The notes below the pieces were generated by a model. It did not search any database, was not told where the DNA came from, and worked only from the letters and a program-made list of their open reading frames with translations. From Octopus bimaculoides (lineage: Eukaryota), in contig NC_068992.1 of assembly GCF_001194135.2 (NCBI RefSeq), positions 68,408,778 to 68,459,960 on the forward strand: a stretch of DNA of 51,183 bases, in the 5' to 3' direction. Positions 11,234-23,290 of this stretch are shown one piece after another; position 1 is the first letter of the stretch, and the number at the start of each line of letters is the position of its first letter. Position numbers and translations under genes: made by a program.

Positions 11234-13264
11234 AAAGCATATTATTTCTATTTTATAGACTTCTCATGTATTTATAGTTAAGGAATACGAATTGTTCTTC
11301 ATATATTACCAATGCATCAGCTATAAGTCTTTTTTTTATCATCCCATTGCTATTTTCTAAGGTTTTAGATACTGACTGCATTATAATGATAAGTTATTTG
11401 ACTTCAACTGCTTATTCCCTGACGTAAACCGCCGAATTTTCAATAGCTGAAAGCTTCCATATCTATTACAGTGGCTGTGAATGCAAAACATCCATAACAA
11501 TGTTGAATAACACTCAAACCTCATGAATCAAGAACGTTCCCTCTTACATGATATTTAAACCTACTATAAATAGTAGCCAAACTTCCATAAAACCATTAGC
11601 ACAGCAGTTATTTTACTTTAACTGCAGAGAACTATTTTTTCCTCAATGGCATGACAATTTCGGTGAAATTTTTGTTTGTGTGCGCATTTTTGTATATATG
11701 TGTATATATTTTGTATATATTTTGTATATAAGGTAAGGGTGTACATGTCATAAATATTTGTGGTTTAATATTTCTTTTGGCGTTTATTCAATTGAAATTT
11801 TGTGAAGATTTTAAAGGAGTACAAGCAACTAAAAATCCATTTTTGATCAACAGAAAAACATTTCAAATTACAGTCATAATGACTGTTGATGGTGAATGAT
11901 GATAGTGCCAACGCTAATGATAAAAATGATGAATACAATAAGTAGTTTAAGCCATTAAATACAAATATTCTAATTAGTTTCTATTATACATTAAACGTTT
12001 GTGAAACGCATACTCTTCTTAGTGATTTACACTTTTGCTATATTTACTGTTTTCATACTGTCTTATCTTTTCTCCTATAATTTTTCTTGTCTTCGTTACT
12101 TCGCGGTTCTTTTCGTTTCTCTAATCTTCACTTCTTTTAAATTTTTATTCTCCGCCGATCGAAATATAAATATTGGTTTACGAGATGAGAATAATACAAT
12201 AACGATTCAATAGTATATGAAAGTATATATATTATTATCAGCTTATATTAAGTATTGTTACTGTAAATCTTGTTATTAGCCCCTGTATATGCCTCTTTCC
12301 GTACCATCAAAAGAAGAACATTGATGTCAGTTTTCATCTAGTTTGTTTAATTATTTACACGAATGTCATGATGTGCCATAAAATACTAAAATTAAGAAGT
12401 TCAATATTTAAAGATAGAATGATTACTAACCAAAACAGCTTGGTTTTCTTTGAACATTTTCCCTTTTTTTTTTAGCAACTTACTTTGGTATAATTTCGGT
12501 AAACTATAAAAGTTGAGAGAAAGACAATAAAACAAATCACATTATTGAAAAACAACATTATGTTGCCACTCATTGTTATATAAGAAATAAATTTGCTTCA
12601 GACAGACTGAGGCACATAATATGCAATAGTGGTGTTAAGTAATTTTGTCTATAGAATTTATCTACAATGTCAGAATGAAAAATGTGTGGATGACCAAGAT
12701 CTTCTAGACTGTTGTAACTCGGGTCTGGAGTGAAAGTGAGTCTTTAAATAACCAACAAGAGAGAGGAGCATATGCGGATGCATATTGTGGTACGCAACTT
12801 ACTAGATCAGACTAGTAGGAACTGTTTAGTGATAGTTGAAGAAACAGCTACAAAAGCCAGTACGTTAGTGGAATTGTACCAACCGCGATTTAGTGACTCA
12901 AAGTTTTCTTATTTATCGTTTAACCATTTTATTTTCAATTTGTTGATATCAATACCTGTTTACCTTGTCAGGTATGTGAGAATTATTTTGTTAGTTACTA
13001 TAGTAACTTTTAGAGAGTCAGAAACTCTTCAGGATATGTCTTATGGAGAAGGAAATTCTGTTTACATTCACTTGTTAAATTGTAATTACAGTTTTTGTCC
13101 AACATGCTCAAAGAACTAGAAAGAGTTTCATGACGTGTATGCTCTTCATGAAACTTTGCCATCACAAACTTGCAACTGCCTACTTTATAACTGTTAAGAA
13201 CCGTGGAAATGTTTTTTTTTTCCAGATGACAACCGGCTTGAACATATATTTTGTATTACAGAAA

Positions 13265-13545
13265 TATGACCAGTTGTGAGAGAAGAAATACAAAAACAGT
13301 TCTGATGTATTCTGCTATATTTGTGGATTATTTTTTCGAAAATGTTCCCCGTTATTGTTATTATTCGTTAGAACAGAAGTTTAGAATGAAATTGTTCCTT
13401 AAGTCTGGCAAGTAATCGAAATATTTTTGGTTTCATGATTTCCTGACACATTCTTCGAAGATCTAACCTGCATCCAATAATTATCAACAAATTTTCCTGT
13501 ATGATTTTGGACAATACTGTGGAACCTCCACACACAAATGCCAAA
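13265..13545 (+). mobile_element. Possible relic of a Chapaev/CMC-type DNA transposon
   Basis: KYKNSSDVFCYICG near 13285-13325 and a YC(W)NLH-like remnant near 13517-13540 resemble N- and C-terminal motifs I recall from this transposase group; very decayed. Confidence 0.3.
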
Positions 13546-13721
13546 TTCTCGGTGGTAATGAAGTTTGCTTCGCAACTTCTTAGTTTCCAGTTCTATCCCA
13601 CTTTACAGAATATTAAACAAGTTTAGTTTATAACCACTTGAAATCTACCAAATCGTTGTGAGTAAAACTTGATAGATACAAGTTGATACTCATAGAAGGA
13701 ATGGTTTGTATTCTTGTGTAG

Positions 13722-13781
13722 GAGATATAATCCGTTATCCTTGAATACTTTCATTGGAATACAAAAGTCCGGAATTCTGAC
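13722..13781 (+). CDS. Candidate host-gene exon C
   Basis: Acceptor tttgtattcttgtgtag, frame RYNPLSLNTFIGIQKSGIL, donor GTAAGT at 13782; phase 2-2, compatible with exon B. Confidence 0.3.
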
Positions 13782-13985
13782 GTAAGTGCAACACCTCCCT
13801 GGCGTCTATCATTCACAAGAGTTAATTTTTGTAAGTTCATCTTACGCAGAATTTTTAATGTTCATTATTTTAAATATTCAAGAATATTTGGAAATAAAAT
13901 ATATATTTTGATATGTTGTCCGATTTTTTATTGCTGCTGCTTCGTATTTAGTTGTAGTTTTATTACAAATTTACGTACATACATA

Positions 13986-14021
<36 letters not shown>

Positions 14022-14156
14022 NNNNNNNNNNNNNNNNNNNNNNNNNNNNNNNNNNNNNNNNNNNNNNNNNNNNNNNNNNNNNNNNNNNNNNNNNNNNNNN
14101 NNNNNNNNNNNNNNNNNNNNNNNNNNNNNNNNNNNNNNNNNNNNNNNNNNNNNNNN

Positions 14157-14189
<33 letters not shown>

Positions 14190-14578
14190 GAGAGAAAGGA
14201 GAAAGACAGATAGAGATATGCATACACACATATGCACTGAAACGTGTGTGTCTGTGTGTGGTATTTTAATTTTAGTGGTACAACAGTCAATTTATGTTAC
14301 CGATGAATCTCATTTGAAAAAATCTTACCTCTTATGGAAGAGTAAATGTATAATAATCGGCAGATTTCGCTTTCTTACTGAAGCGTTGATACCACTACAT
14401 TCGGTTTCAGTGTCTCACAGATGTAAAACATTGGAATGAAACACAAAACTCAATGAAAATCACAAAACTGATTCTGAAGCCTGTCAGAGTTTTGTTCCCT
14501 ATTAATTCTTTTAGCATTAGCATTCTAGCATCAAATGTCCGCCCCAGATGTTTTATATGTATCATTGAGAGAATTCAG

Positions 14579-14622
14579 TGTTGGTATCGGAAGCAAGACT
14601 TTTAAAATCCATACTCCAACAG
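14579..14622 (+). CDS. Candidate host-gene exon D
   Basis: VGIGSKTFKIHTPT, donor CAG|GTAAAT; acceptor is purine-rich and weak; phase fits exons C and E. Confidence 0.2.
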
Positions 14623-15412
14623 GTAAATCCGTTTACGGATACCAGCAACAGCAGCCATCATTTTGATGGCTTTCCTGCTGGAACATCATGTAGGAGCTTG
14701 AAGAAATGCATTGTGTATGTATGTGTGTGTGTGTGTGGAAAGGGAGAGAAAATATTTCACGCATTTTAACTGTGAGAGGGAATTGGGGAGAAGCTTAAGG
14801 ATGCATGTATGTCTGATTGAATAAACGTGTAGGGATTCATGCGCAAGTATGTTATTCTATATATACATTCAAATATAATCACACAATATCATTGGAGTAA
14901 TGATTTGATTTTAGATTTTAAATAAATATATAAAATATAAAATGTATATCTTGTTTATCTATTCACACACACACACACACGCACACGCACACGCACACAC
15001 ACACACACACACACGCACGCACACATATATATATACACAAATATAGAAATGTATTCAGACCGGTATGTATATATTATAATATTTGTGCTGCGTATCTATG
15101 CTTGCATTTGTGTGCTTGTGTATATGTTTGTTCAGAAACTGATAGGTAAATGCATACAAGTGTATAAATTTAAATAAGAAATTGCACATTTCAAATAACT
15201 ACGCACACGCACGCACGCGCTCACATGCACATACACAAACACATATGTATGTATATTCGTATATATTTAAGTATGCATTCATGTATGAATGTTAGTCTTT
15301 TTATGGCTATACACACACATGCACAGATACATACATACATATACATACATATATGTATGTATGTATATATGTATGTATGTATAATGCAAAGTTTACTAAT
15401 GATGTGCTACAG

Positions 15413-15474
15413 GCGATGGACGCTCGTTTTCAGAGATTAGAAAGATTATGAAACCATATAATTGCCGAATAGAA
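15413..15474 (+). CDS. Candidate host-gene exon E
   Basis: Acceptor gtgctacag, (G)DGRSFSEIRKIMKPYNCRIE, donor GAA|GTGAGG; phase 1-0. Confidence 0.3.
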
Positions 15475-16754
15475 GTGAGGACATTAAAACAGAATAAGAG
15501 ACATTACTTTGTCATAGTAGAAAAAAAATAAACGTAGTATTAGTTGTATTTTGAGTAGAAATGTATGCTTGAAATATCAGATATTGAAGTTTAGTCCTGA
15601 TGGCTCCTAAACTTCGATCATTTGGAATATATCAGTCTGTAATTAGTTTTCTCTCGTGTTTTATTACTGCTTTGTTCAATACATCAGTGCGGTTATGAGT
15701 GAAACGGAACGAAATACATAAAGCGTTAAACACAATGAAACTTGGCGCAGAAGTTCCATCATAGATTACTTTAATATATAGGTATTTGTCATTTGTTTCT
15801 TTTCAAAAATTTGTTAAAGAATTATTTGTCATTGTGAAATGATTTAGAAGACTTGCGTCTCATGTAGGATACTAAAATTATCTCCTTCATTATTTATGCA
15901 TTTATTGTTTAATAATTCATTAAAATTGCCTGTTATCATGATGACACGCTTATGACTTGATTTGGAACTTGTCCACATACAGAATGAAACGTCGATATTT
16001 CAAACCTCGCCTCCGCAACCCAAAAAAGACACTTTTCTGTTCCTCAGCATACCTAAATTATTCTATGAGTATTTTAAATATGTGGTTAGCAGCATCTTTA
16101 CGTTCACGAGTTATATGTACGGAATGATTACAAGTTATATTCATTTATTGAGCGGTCATATTATATAACTAATGTATGAAGGTCATCATAATAAAACATT
16201 GAACTGTGAATCAAATTTATTTAAGCTGACATTTATGCGGTAGCGGGCACAAAAATGTGATATTTGATGTTGTTTTGACACACGAAAGTTTTGATTTCAA
16301 CCAGATGATATACCTGATCAAAACAGAAGTACATTTTCTAGATGACCTCATGTAGTTAATTTAAAAGAATCTCACTTTTGAAAATTGTTGCTCTTACAAT
16401 TCACCGAATACCGATGCCATTTTTTTTTCTTTTTTGCATGATCTGTCCAGTCGGGATAAGGCCCAGATTTTTAAAAATATATTTGTTGTAAACCTCAACT
16501 AGAGAAACAAGTTTTACATTTAATTTAGATTTAAATAGATCGTTGCGTTATATCTCAATAGTTTTAATTTGAGTAGTTTCTGCTACAATGCTTACTTTCA
16601 CATTAAACTGAATACTAAATATACTGAAAGTGATATACCTGAGCGAGTCACCGAAAAGTAAAATTAGTTCTTGAGTCACGTATCACAACCACAAATATAT
16701 TCTTGTCTGTAGATTCCCTCTCTCTGACTGTATGGAGACGAGTTTTTATCCTGC

Positions 16755-17111
16755 TAGCAGCACCACGGTTTCCAGCCACATGGTTCTTGGTTCATTTCCA
16801 CTGTGTGGTGCCTTGAGCAAGTATTTTCCTATTATAGCCTGAGGCCGAATAAAGCCTAGTGAGTGGATTTGGTTGAGGAAACTGAAAGAAGCCCGTCGTA
16901 TATATGTGTGTGCTTGACCCCCGTCACCACTTCACCACCGCTGTTAGTGTGTTAACGTCCCCATAACTTAGTGGTTCGGCAAAAGACACCGATAGAATAA
17001 GTACCAGACTTTAAAAAAAAGTATTGGGGTCAATTCATTCGATATAAATCGAAGGTCGTGGACCAGCATTGCTGCAGTCTAATGACTGAAACAGGTAAGA
17101 GATAAAAGATA
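16755..17111 (+). mobile_element. tRNA-derived SINE with CORE-like central region
   Basis: ccacatggttc..ggttca.t.ccactg.gtgg..ccttg.gcaag head, internal (TA/TG) linker, ...aatgactgaaacag.taagagataaaagata 3' end; a decayed sister fragment lies at ~13560-13680. Confidence 0.8.
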
Positions 17112-17269
17112 TACACCTCCACACACAAGAGGCGCGCACGTGTGAGTGTGCGTGTAAAAGCTGATTCTTTTCTTCCTGAAATAGCAAATTCAGTTCGTAT
17201 AAAGGAAATGGTACATCTATTAGAAACGAAAGGACTGAAAGCGATTTAAGATCATGAAGTTATATAACC

Positions 17270-18130
17270 TTGTTTTTATTCTCAAGAAATGTAATTAATT
17301 CTTCTTGTAATGCTTGTACTCTTTCTAACTTAGCATCATGTCAGAGCAAGATCGTGTCCCAAGGTAAATCAAGACTTCATACTAATTTTCTCATTCGCAC
17401 AAACGCTGCTGGAACTGACATTGTTTGAATCCCCGAGACAGAATCACAGTTAATGCTTTTACCACAGCTCTTCACATCGCGGCTGTCCATTTGTCTTAGA
17501 CGCAGTGCTACAGTATCTTTCATTTATCCAGCTTTTTTCTTTACTACCACTTTGTCAATCATTACGGGTAATGATAGCTTTAATATTGATGACTGGAACG
17601 ATGTAGCAAGAAATTTTTTCTGTGTTCTTGCCGTTCATAGATTCCACTTGAACTCCTCAACAATGATAGAAGTTGCTTTAACTCCAGACCAAAAAATACC
17701 CCCAACACGATGTTTTTCTTGAACATCTGTGGTTCCATCACGTGCTATTGAGAAGAATTGGAACTTCCTCCATTACTATTTTAAGTGAACTGTCAGATCC
17801 ACTGGCGTTTCTTCTACTCATCATATATCTGTTCTTACAGAGATACTTTTGTTTGAAAATAAAGGCTTTGTTTCTTCTCGATCGTACAATACCAAGAACA
17901 CCCATCAAATACATTTTTACAAAATCCCCGCCAGTGAAAGGCATTATATTTTGTACTTTTCGACTTTGGCCACGCATACCTGTCAAATATATTTTGCCTG
18001 ATTCTATGTTATTTTTGTAAAGCTAGTCTTTGCTTTATTAAGCTCCATTTATATTCATTGAAATCATCCTGCTTTGTTTACTCATTAAATTTACAGCACT
18101 TCCCTAATTTGTCCCACAGTATCACTTAAT
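17270..18130 (-). pseudogene. Degenerate hAT (Buster/SPIN/GTF2IRD2-like) transposase
   Basis: Minus-strand pieces PFTGGDFVKMYL, FQFFSIARDGTTDV (17722-17764, first catalytic D region 'FSLALDESTD') and VQALQEELITFLE; many stops and frameshifts. Confidence 0.75.
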
Positions 18131-18339
18131 GTTAACCATATTATTTACACTTCCAATTGGTGAGTAAAATTGTACATTTCTCTCCACATATATTGGAAAG
18201 ATTGACGTTCAGTATTAACCCTCTTACATTTTGCATACATTAATGGAGAAGGAGACGAGTCTTAAAAAAAACAAAACAAAGAAATTCAGAAATCACTCAA
18301 GATGTAGTTTCAAAGTTTGACACAAACCAATCAAATGCG

Positions 18340-18518
18340 AGAGGAGGTGATAAGTCCATTGCATCGACGCAAGGGCTCGACTGGTACTTTTGTATCAATC
18401 CCGAAAGCATGAAAGGCAAAGTCGGCCTCAACGGATTCTGAAATCAAAACATAAAGTCGGATGAAATGCCGTTAAGCATTTTGCCCTGCGTGCTCACGAT
18501 TCCGCTAGCACATCGCCA
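18340..18518 (-). mobile_element. tRNA-derived SINE (family of 2607-2833)
   Basis: Reverse complement aligns with 2607-2780. Confidence 0.75.
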
Positions 18519-18890
18519 TAGCGGTATTTATAATAATGCCAATCATATAATTTACAGCTATTCAACAACACCAATTTTCTTATTTGTGATGGTACACTAT
18601 CGAAAACTATTTTTACTATATTCTCTAATTTTACAGAATATTGAAAGCAGTTCATTTTATCTATATACTCGAATCTTACATATCATTAACAGTGAATTAT
18701 GTTTTCGAAAATAATATGAAGTCCATAAGTCAAGATATTTAAGTAAGACTATTGAAAATTTTACGCTTTTAAAATTATAATTTCCAAAACCTGCCTTCAT
18801 AACTAATGTATCACTCGTTAAAGTTATTTGACATATCTGCACTAATAGATTTGTGAGAACGACTGTCTTAAGCTCCAATACGTAATATTG

Positions 18891-19194
18891 AATTAAACCT
18901 TGGGAGAGGCATTATGCCGGTAATAAACACACGCACTGTTTCAGTCCTTTATTAATTTATATAGTTTTTTGTTAAATTATTTCATTGCACTCTTGCAATC
19001 TCTTCAGTAACTTGTCTCTCCACTTCCATTTATTTTGAATATATATTCAAAATAAATGGAAGTGGAGAGACAAGTTACTGAAGAGATTGCAAGAGAGCAA
19101 TGAAATAATTTAACAAAAAATTATATAAATTAATAAAGGACTGAACCAGTGCGTGTGTTTATTACCGGCATAATGCCTCTCCCAAGGTTTAATT
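18891..19194. repeat. 304-bp spacer-less near-perfect palindrome, probably an inverted PLE pLTR duplication
   Basis: 152-bp arms centred between 19042 and 19043, 3 mismatches by my count; 13-bp direct repeat ACGTAATATTGAA at 18880-18892 and 19255-19267. Confidence 0.9.
19074..19114 (+). ncRNA. Degenerate type I hammerhead-like motif (mirror copy on the minus strand at 18971-19011)
   Basis: GTTA-CTGAAGA-G-ATTGC-aagaga-GCAAT-GAAA-TAAT-T-TAAC; stem I 4 bp, stem II 5-6 bp, stem III possible only as a dimer. Confidence 0.4.
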
Positions 19195-19789
19195 GTATTT
19201 CTTTCAACACACGTATCCACATCAAGAATCTTGCACACGAAATACACATACGAAACGTAATATTGAAATATCGATTAAATTTAATGGTAAATCATGTGGA
19301 TGCTACACTCTGCAATAAAAGGAAAACGATAACAACAAGTACATTTAGATTTTAGTGTAATGTTTTGATTATTGAAGTTACTACTTAAAAAATATTGCGC
19401 TCGAAATCAACTACCTGTTTTTTTGCGTGGGGGGGGGGGTTCTAGACACTATAGACTGGGATTACCACTCGGATAATTTGGGCTCATGAAGAAATCTTTC
19501 TCAGAGTTAAATAGTTATATAGTCTGGTGTAGTACATTCCTCTGCAAACTTTATCCTCAGGAAATGCTAAACACGTTTTCTAACAAAATACTATTACACA
19601 CTGTAACCATTTTTTTTCTTTCGTTAGTAAGTGTTATTTCCTATTTGCTTCTACCTAGAAATCAAAGGAAATTATTACTATTCCTTTCAAACTTTGCTTT
19701 TGTAACCTGGGCATCAATGTTTTGAAACTGACCTATTTTCCATTACACTTCAGACAGATTCGTTGCTGAAGCAGAAATGTCGTTATAGC

Positions 19790-19915
19790 AATAACTGAAC
19801 ATGTCTCTTTGTGGCTGACAATATGTGTATAACTGATCATGAGCAGGAGTAGTGAGGTACCATCATAGCCAGGTGGTGAGAGGGATTCTTTGGGGTTTGA
19901 ATAAATGTAACAAAA
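19790..19915 (+). repeat. Fragment of the unclassified repeat at 2834-3358
   Basis: Colinear similarity to the reverse complement of ~3090-3210. Confidence 0.55.
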
Positions 19916-20324
19916 GCAAAGTTTGAAGGAAATATTAGCCATTTTTCATCCTTCTAAGGGTAAGCAAATAGGAAATAACTGTTGCTACCCAAGGACAAAA
20001 ATTGTGCTACACAATGTTATACTTGATATCACAGTAGGTAATTTGTCTGTCATTGCCATCATAATAAACATTTGTCATTCAGAGTTTCGGAACGCCACGG
20101 GTTTTCCAGAAGCCTTTTTTTTTCAATTAATGGCCACGTAATTTCTTTCGTTAGCCATAGTTGTGAACACCGCTTTATAATGTTAACTAGTTACAACAGG
20201 ATTAGCTGAAACATTTTTTCTATTTTACAAGCAAATGGCATGATTTTACTCACTGATAGATTGGATTATAGATAATCCAGTTATCTTCTATTGAATTCTG
20301 TAATAGAGACACGCACGCACGCAT

Positions 20325-20383
<59 letters not shown>

Positions 20384-21059
20384 CACACTCACACTCACGC
20401 ACAGATAGATGGATAGATATCGTATGTCTTTCTTAAAGCGATAGGATTTGCTGTGCTAACAACTTCTGGCTGGCGGGGCAATTGACACAGCTTCTTCGAG
20501 TGGGCATATTAACATAGTGGATGTGGTTCGAGAGCGATTTGGTTGATATTTCTAATAACAGCATAAAAGCTTCCATGTTGCCTCCCGTACATTACAAGTC
20601 TAATGCATGGTTACAGTTAAATGAGGTAAACATCTTACAGAAATTTAACGTTAGCGAGTGTCTGATGGGCTATAATTCCTGAGCGTAAGTTCTTAAATAA
20701 TTGATACCTACACGTGACAAGCGAATTGATAGAAGATTTAGATCTGGAGGTAAGAATATTCAACAGTAGTTATTCCAGATCTCTGTTCTTTGAGTACAAA
20801 ATCCGCCGATATTAACTTTCATTCTTTTTCTGGCTACAAGAATAATCTCTTCAGAATGCAAAAATATATAAGAAAACTAATGATTAACTGACACCTTATG
20901 ACGCTTAAATAAAATTTCCATCGGTGTACAGTTCATATACAAAGTATAGTGTTAAGCTGATTTGTCCAAAACGCATCCATCCGATTATCAAAACTTTCCA
21001 GCATTCCACACTAAATATTTTTACAATCTTTCTTTCATTCCCACCGGCATCTTTCTTCT

Positions 21060-21074
21060 CCTTCTCTCTTTCTC

Positions 21075-21110
<36 letters not shown>

Positions 21111-21186
21111 GTTCCTCTCTCTCACTCTCTCTTTCTGTTCCTCTTTCTCTCTCTCTGTTCCTCTCTCTCACTCTCTCTTTCTGTTC

Positions 21187-21235
<49 letters not shown>

Positions 21236-21335
21236 CTTCTCTCCCTCTCTATTCCTCTCTCTTTCCATCTTTCTCTCTCTATATATATATATATCTCTTT
21301 TCCTCTCTCTCCCTCTCTCTCTCTCTCTATCTCTT
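21060..21335. repeat. (TC)n-rich microsatellite
   Basis: Direct reading; source of spurious RE- and SL-repeat ORFs. Confidence 0.95.
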
Positions 21336-22194
21336 TCTTAAATAATGTTTCTACAATTATCCAAATATGCATTTAAGCTGCATATCAGTAGGGGAGTGCT
21401 TGCGCATTTTACGGGCGCCACATGTGACATTACTCTCCAATTAAATATTCATATGAAATAAATACTTAAGAGAGAGGACAATATGAATTGCAGTATAATT
21501 TCTTTCTTAAAACAGTTTGTTTACTAAATGAAGCCAAATACTTCCAATCAGTTGTCAAAACCAGATTCGTTCCCAAACGAGACGGAAGGAAATCATAACT
21601 TCTGCCAAAAGAATTTTTAACTCATAGTTTCGTGGGAAGCCTAAATACTGTACGGTAATAAGTCCAACGCAGGTTATCACTTTTAACAATATTAGCATTA
21701 TAAGAAACAATAAAACAGCCTGTGTGAAATTGCTCGACTTATTATTAATAGCAGTCAAATCTCCTTCAATCTACCATCTCAAATAAGGAAGAAATAGATT
21801 TGATTGTGCAATTTTCCATACCCTAAAAAGGCGGCTAATAATGGCTGAAATGTCTTTGATCGTGGTTCTGCAAGATCAGGATTCAACTGGTGTTACACAA
21901 AAACAGCTACACACTGGAATATGATATACCTCTCCTAGTTCGCCCACTGTAAGTATTTCAGGAATGGGAAATTTTGCCTATTGACATCCAGTGAGGTGGC
22001 AGGGTATTACTATTGGTGTGTTTTCCTTGTATGTATGTATATATATATATATGAAAATAAGCAACAAGGATATCCAGAAATAATGCACTACGATCGTTTC
22101 ACACAACTCCATTTAATTGATCAAAGCAACCATTACATCACTTTAAATTCAGAGCAATCTTCAGCTGCACAAGGACATAGGTTTTAATTAAATT

Positions 22195-22385
22195 AAAACG
22201 GATTGACACATTAGTATAATTTAACATAAAATCTCCAAAAAAGTTAAGGAGATAAACAAAGAACATGCTGTCTTCACTTCAGCCTAGAAGCTACTAAGCT
22301 GAAGGAAAGGCAGCATGTTCTTTGTTTATCGCCTTAACTTCTTGGAGATTTTAGGCAAAATTATACTGATGTGTCCATCTGTTTT
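22195..22385. repeat. About 190-bp imperfect hairpin (MITE-like)
   Basis: Arms ...gataaacaaagaacatgctg...cttcagc / gctgaag...cagcatgttctttgtttatc..., 14-nt loop 22284-22297. Confidence 0.8.
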
Positions 22386-22476
22386 ATTGTGAATATTGCT
22401 CGAATAGAACTTTAAAGTTTACTAAAAAAAAAAGATATGAGCAACATTAACTGTGTATGCATTTATTTTGTTCATG

Positions 22477-22542
<66 letters not shown>

Positions 22543-22949
22543 AATTTATCTCTATGTGAGTATGTGTAGTAGTAGTAGTAGTAGAAGTAGTAGTAAAACC
22601 CTAACATATTTCAAGTATATTTCAGTGATTCATTCAATACACATTCTATTAACGAATATTTTTAATTATTCACTTGATTAATTTTAATAATTCATAGTTT
22701 GAACTTCATATGGATTCTATAACACAGAATAGTGAAAACATGATATTTACCAAAATATCTCTCTTTTAGAATCTGTATATTGAAAATTCCCTTTTACCAT
22801 TTTATTTTTAAAAAAGTAACACTTTTTAAAGTAATGAATAAAAATTGCCCATTCTTTATACTGAACATATAAACAACGATGTTCTCTTATCTTTTAATAA
22901 AATTTGATAGTTTTATAAACCAGCACATACAAAATGTGACATGTAGGTC

Positions 22950-23290
22950 TTTGCAAATACTTCTTTCTGTATCATGATAGTTTGCGCACGATTGATGCTC
23001 ATATTTGAATAAAAGGTTTTTAAAGTGGTCTGCAGGATTTTGCGTTCATGGTAAAATATAGATAAATGTCAAACTTTTTTCTCTTTTCTTGTATTCTTTC
23101 GAATTATCAACTTACACACGTGATCCTTTTCATTTTCACTTCACAAATACCCATATTCTCGACCTCTTGACAAGTGCTTCATAACATATAAAATTCATTG
23201 CGAATGTTTCCTGATAAAGTCTTGTGATTAATCCTTTGCCAGAAAAATGCAGAGGATTTTGTTGTTATGAAAGTTTGTAGAAAACAAATG
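22950..23290 (-). pseudogene. Highly decayed hAT transposase relic
   Basis: Minus strand shows GLITRL (LNHR-like) and VMKHLSRGR (VRWLSRG-like) remnants in the expected order. Confidence 0.3.

Noticed and set aside
15413-15450. DGRSFSEIRKI resembling the RNase PH/exosome 'R.DGR...E.R.I' motif
   Set aside because: Flanking residues do not fit the family; too short to name a gene.
17453-18020. Hydrophobic + strand ORFs resembling membrane proteins
   Set aside because: They are antisense to the decayed hAT transposase.
19733-19942. Minus-strand 69-aa ORF with a TM-like stretch
   Set aside because: It overlaps a copy of the interspersed repeat also found at 2834-3358.
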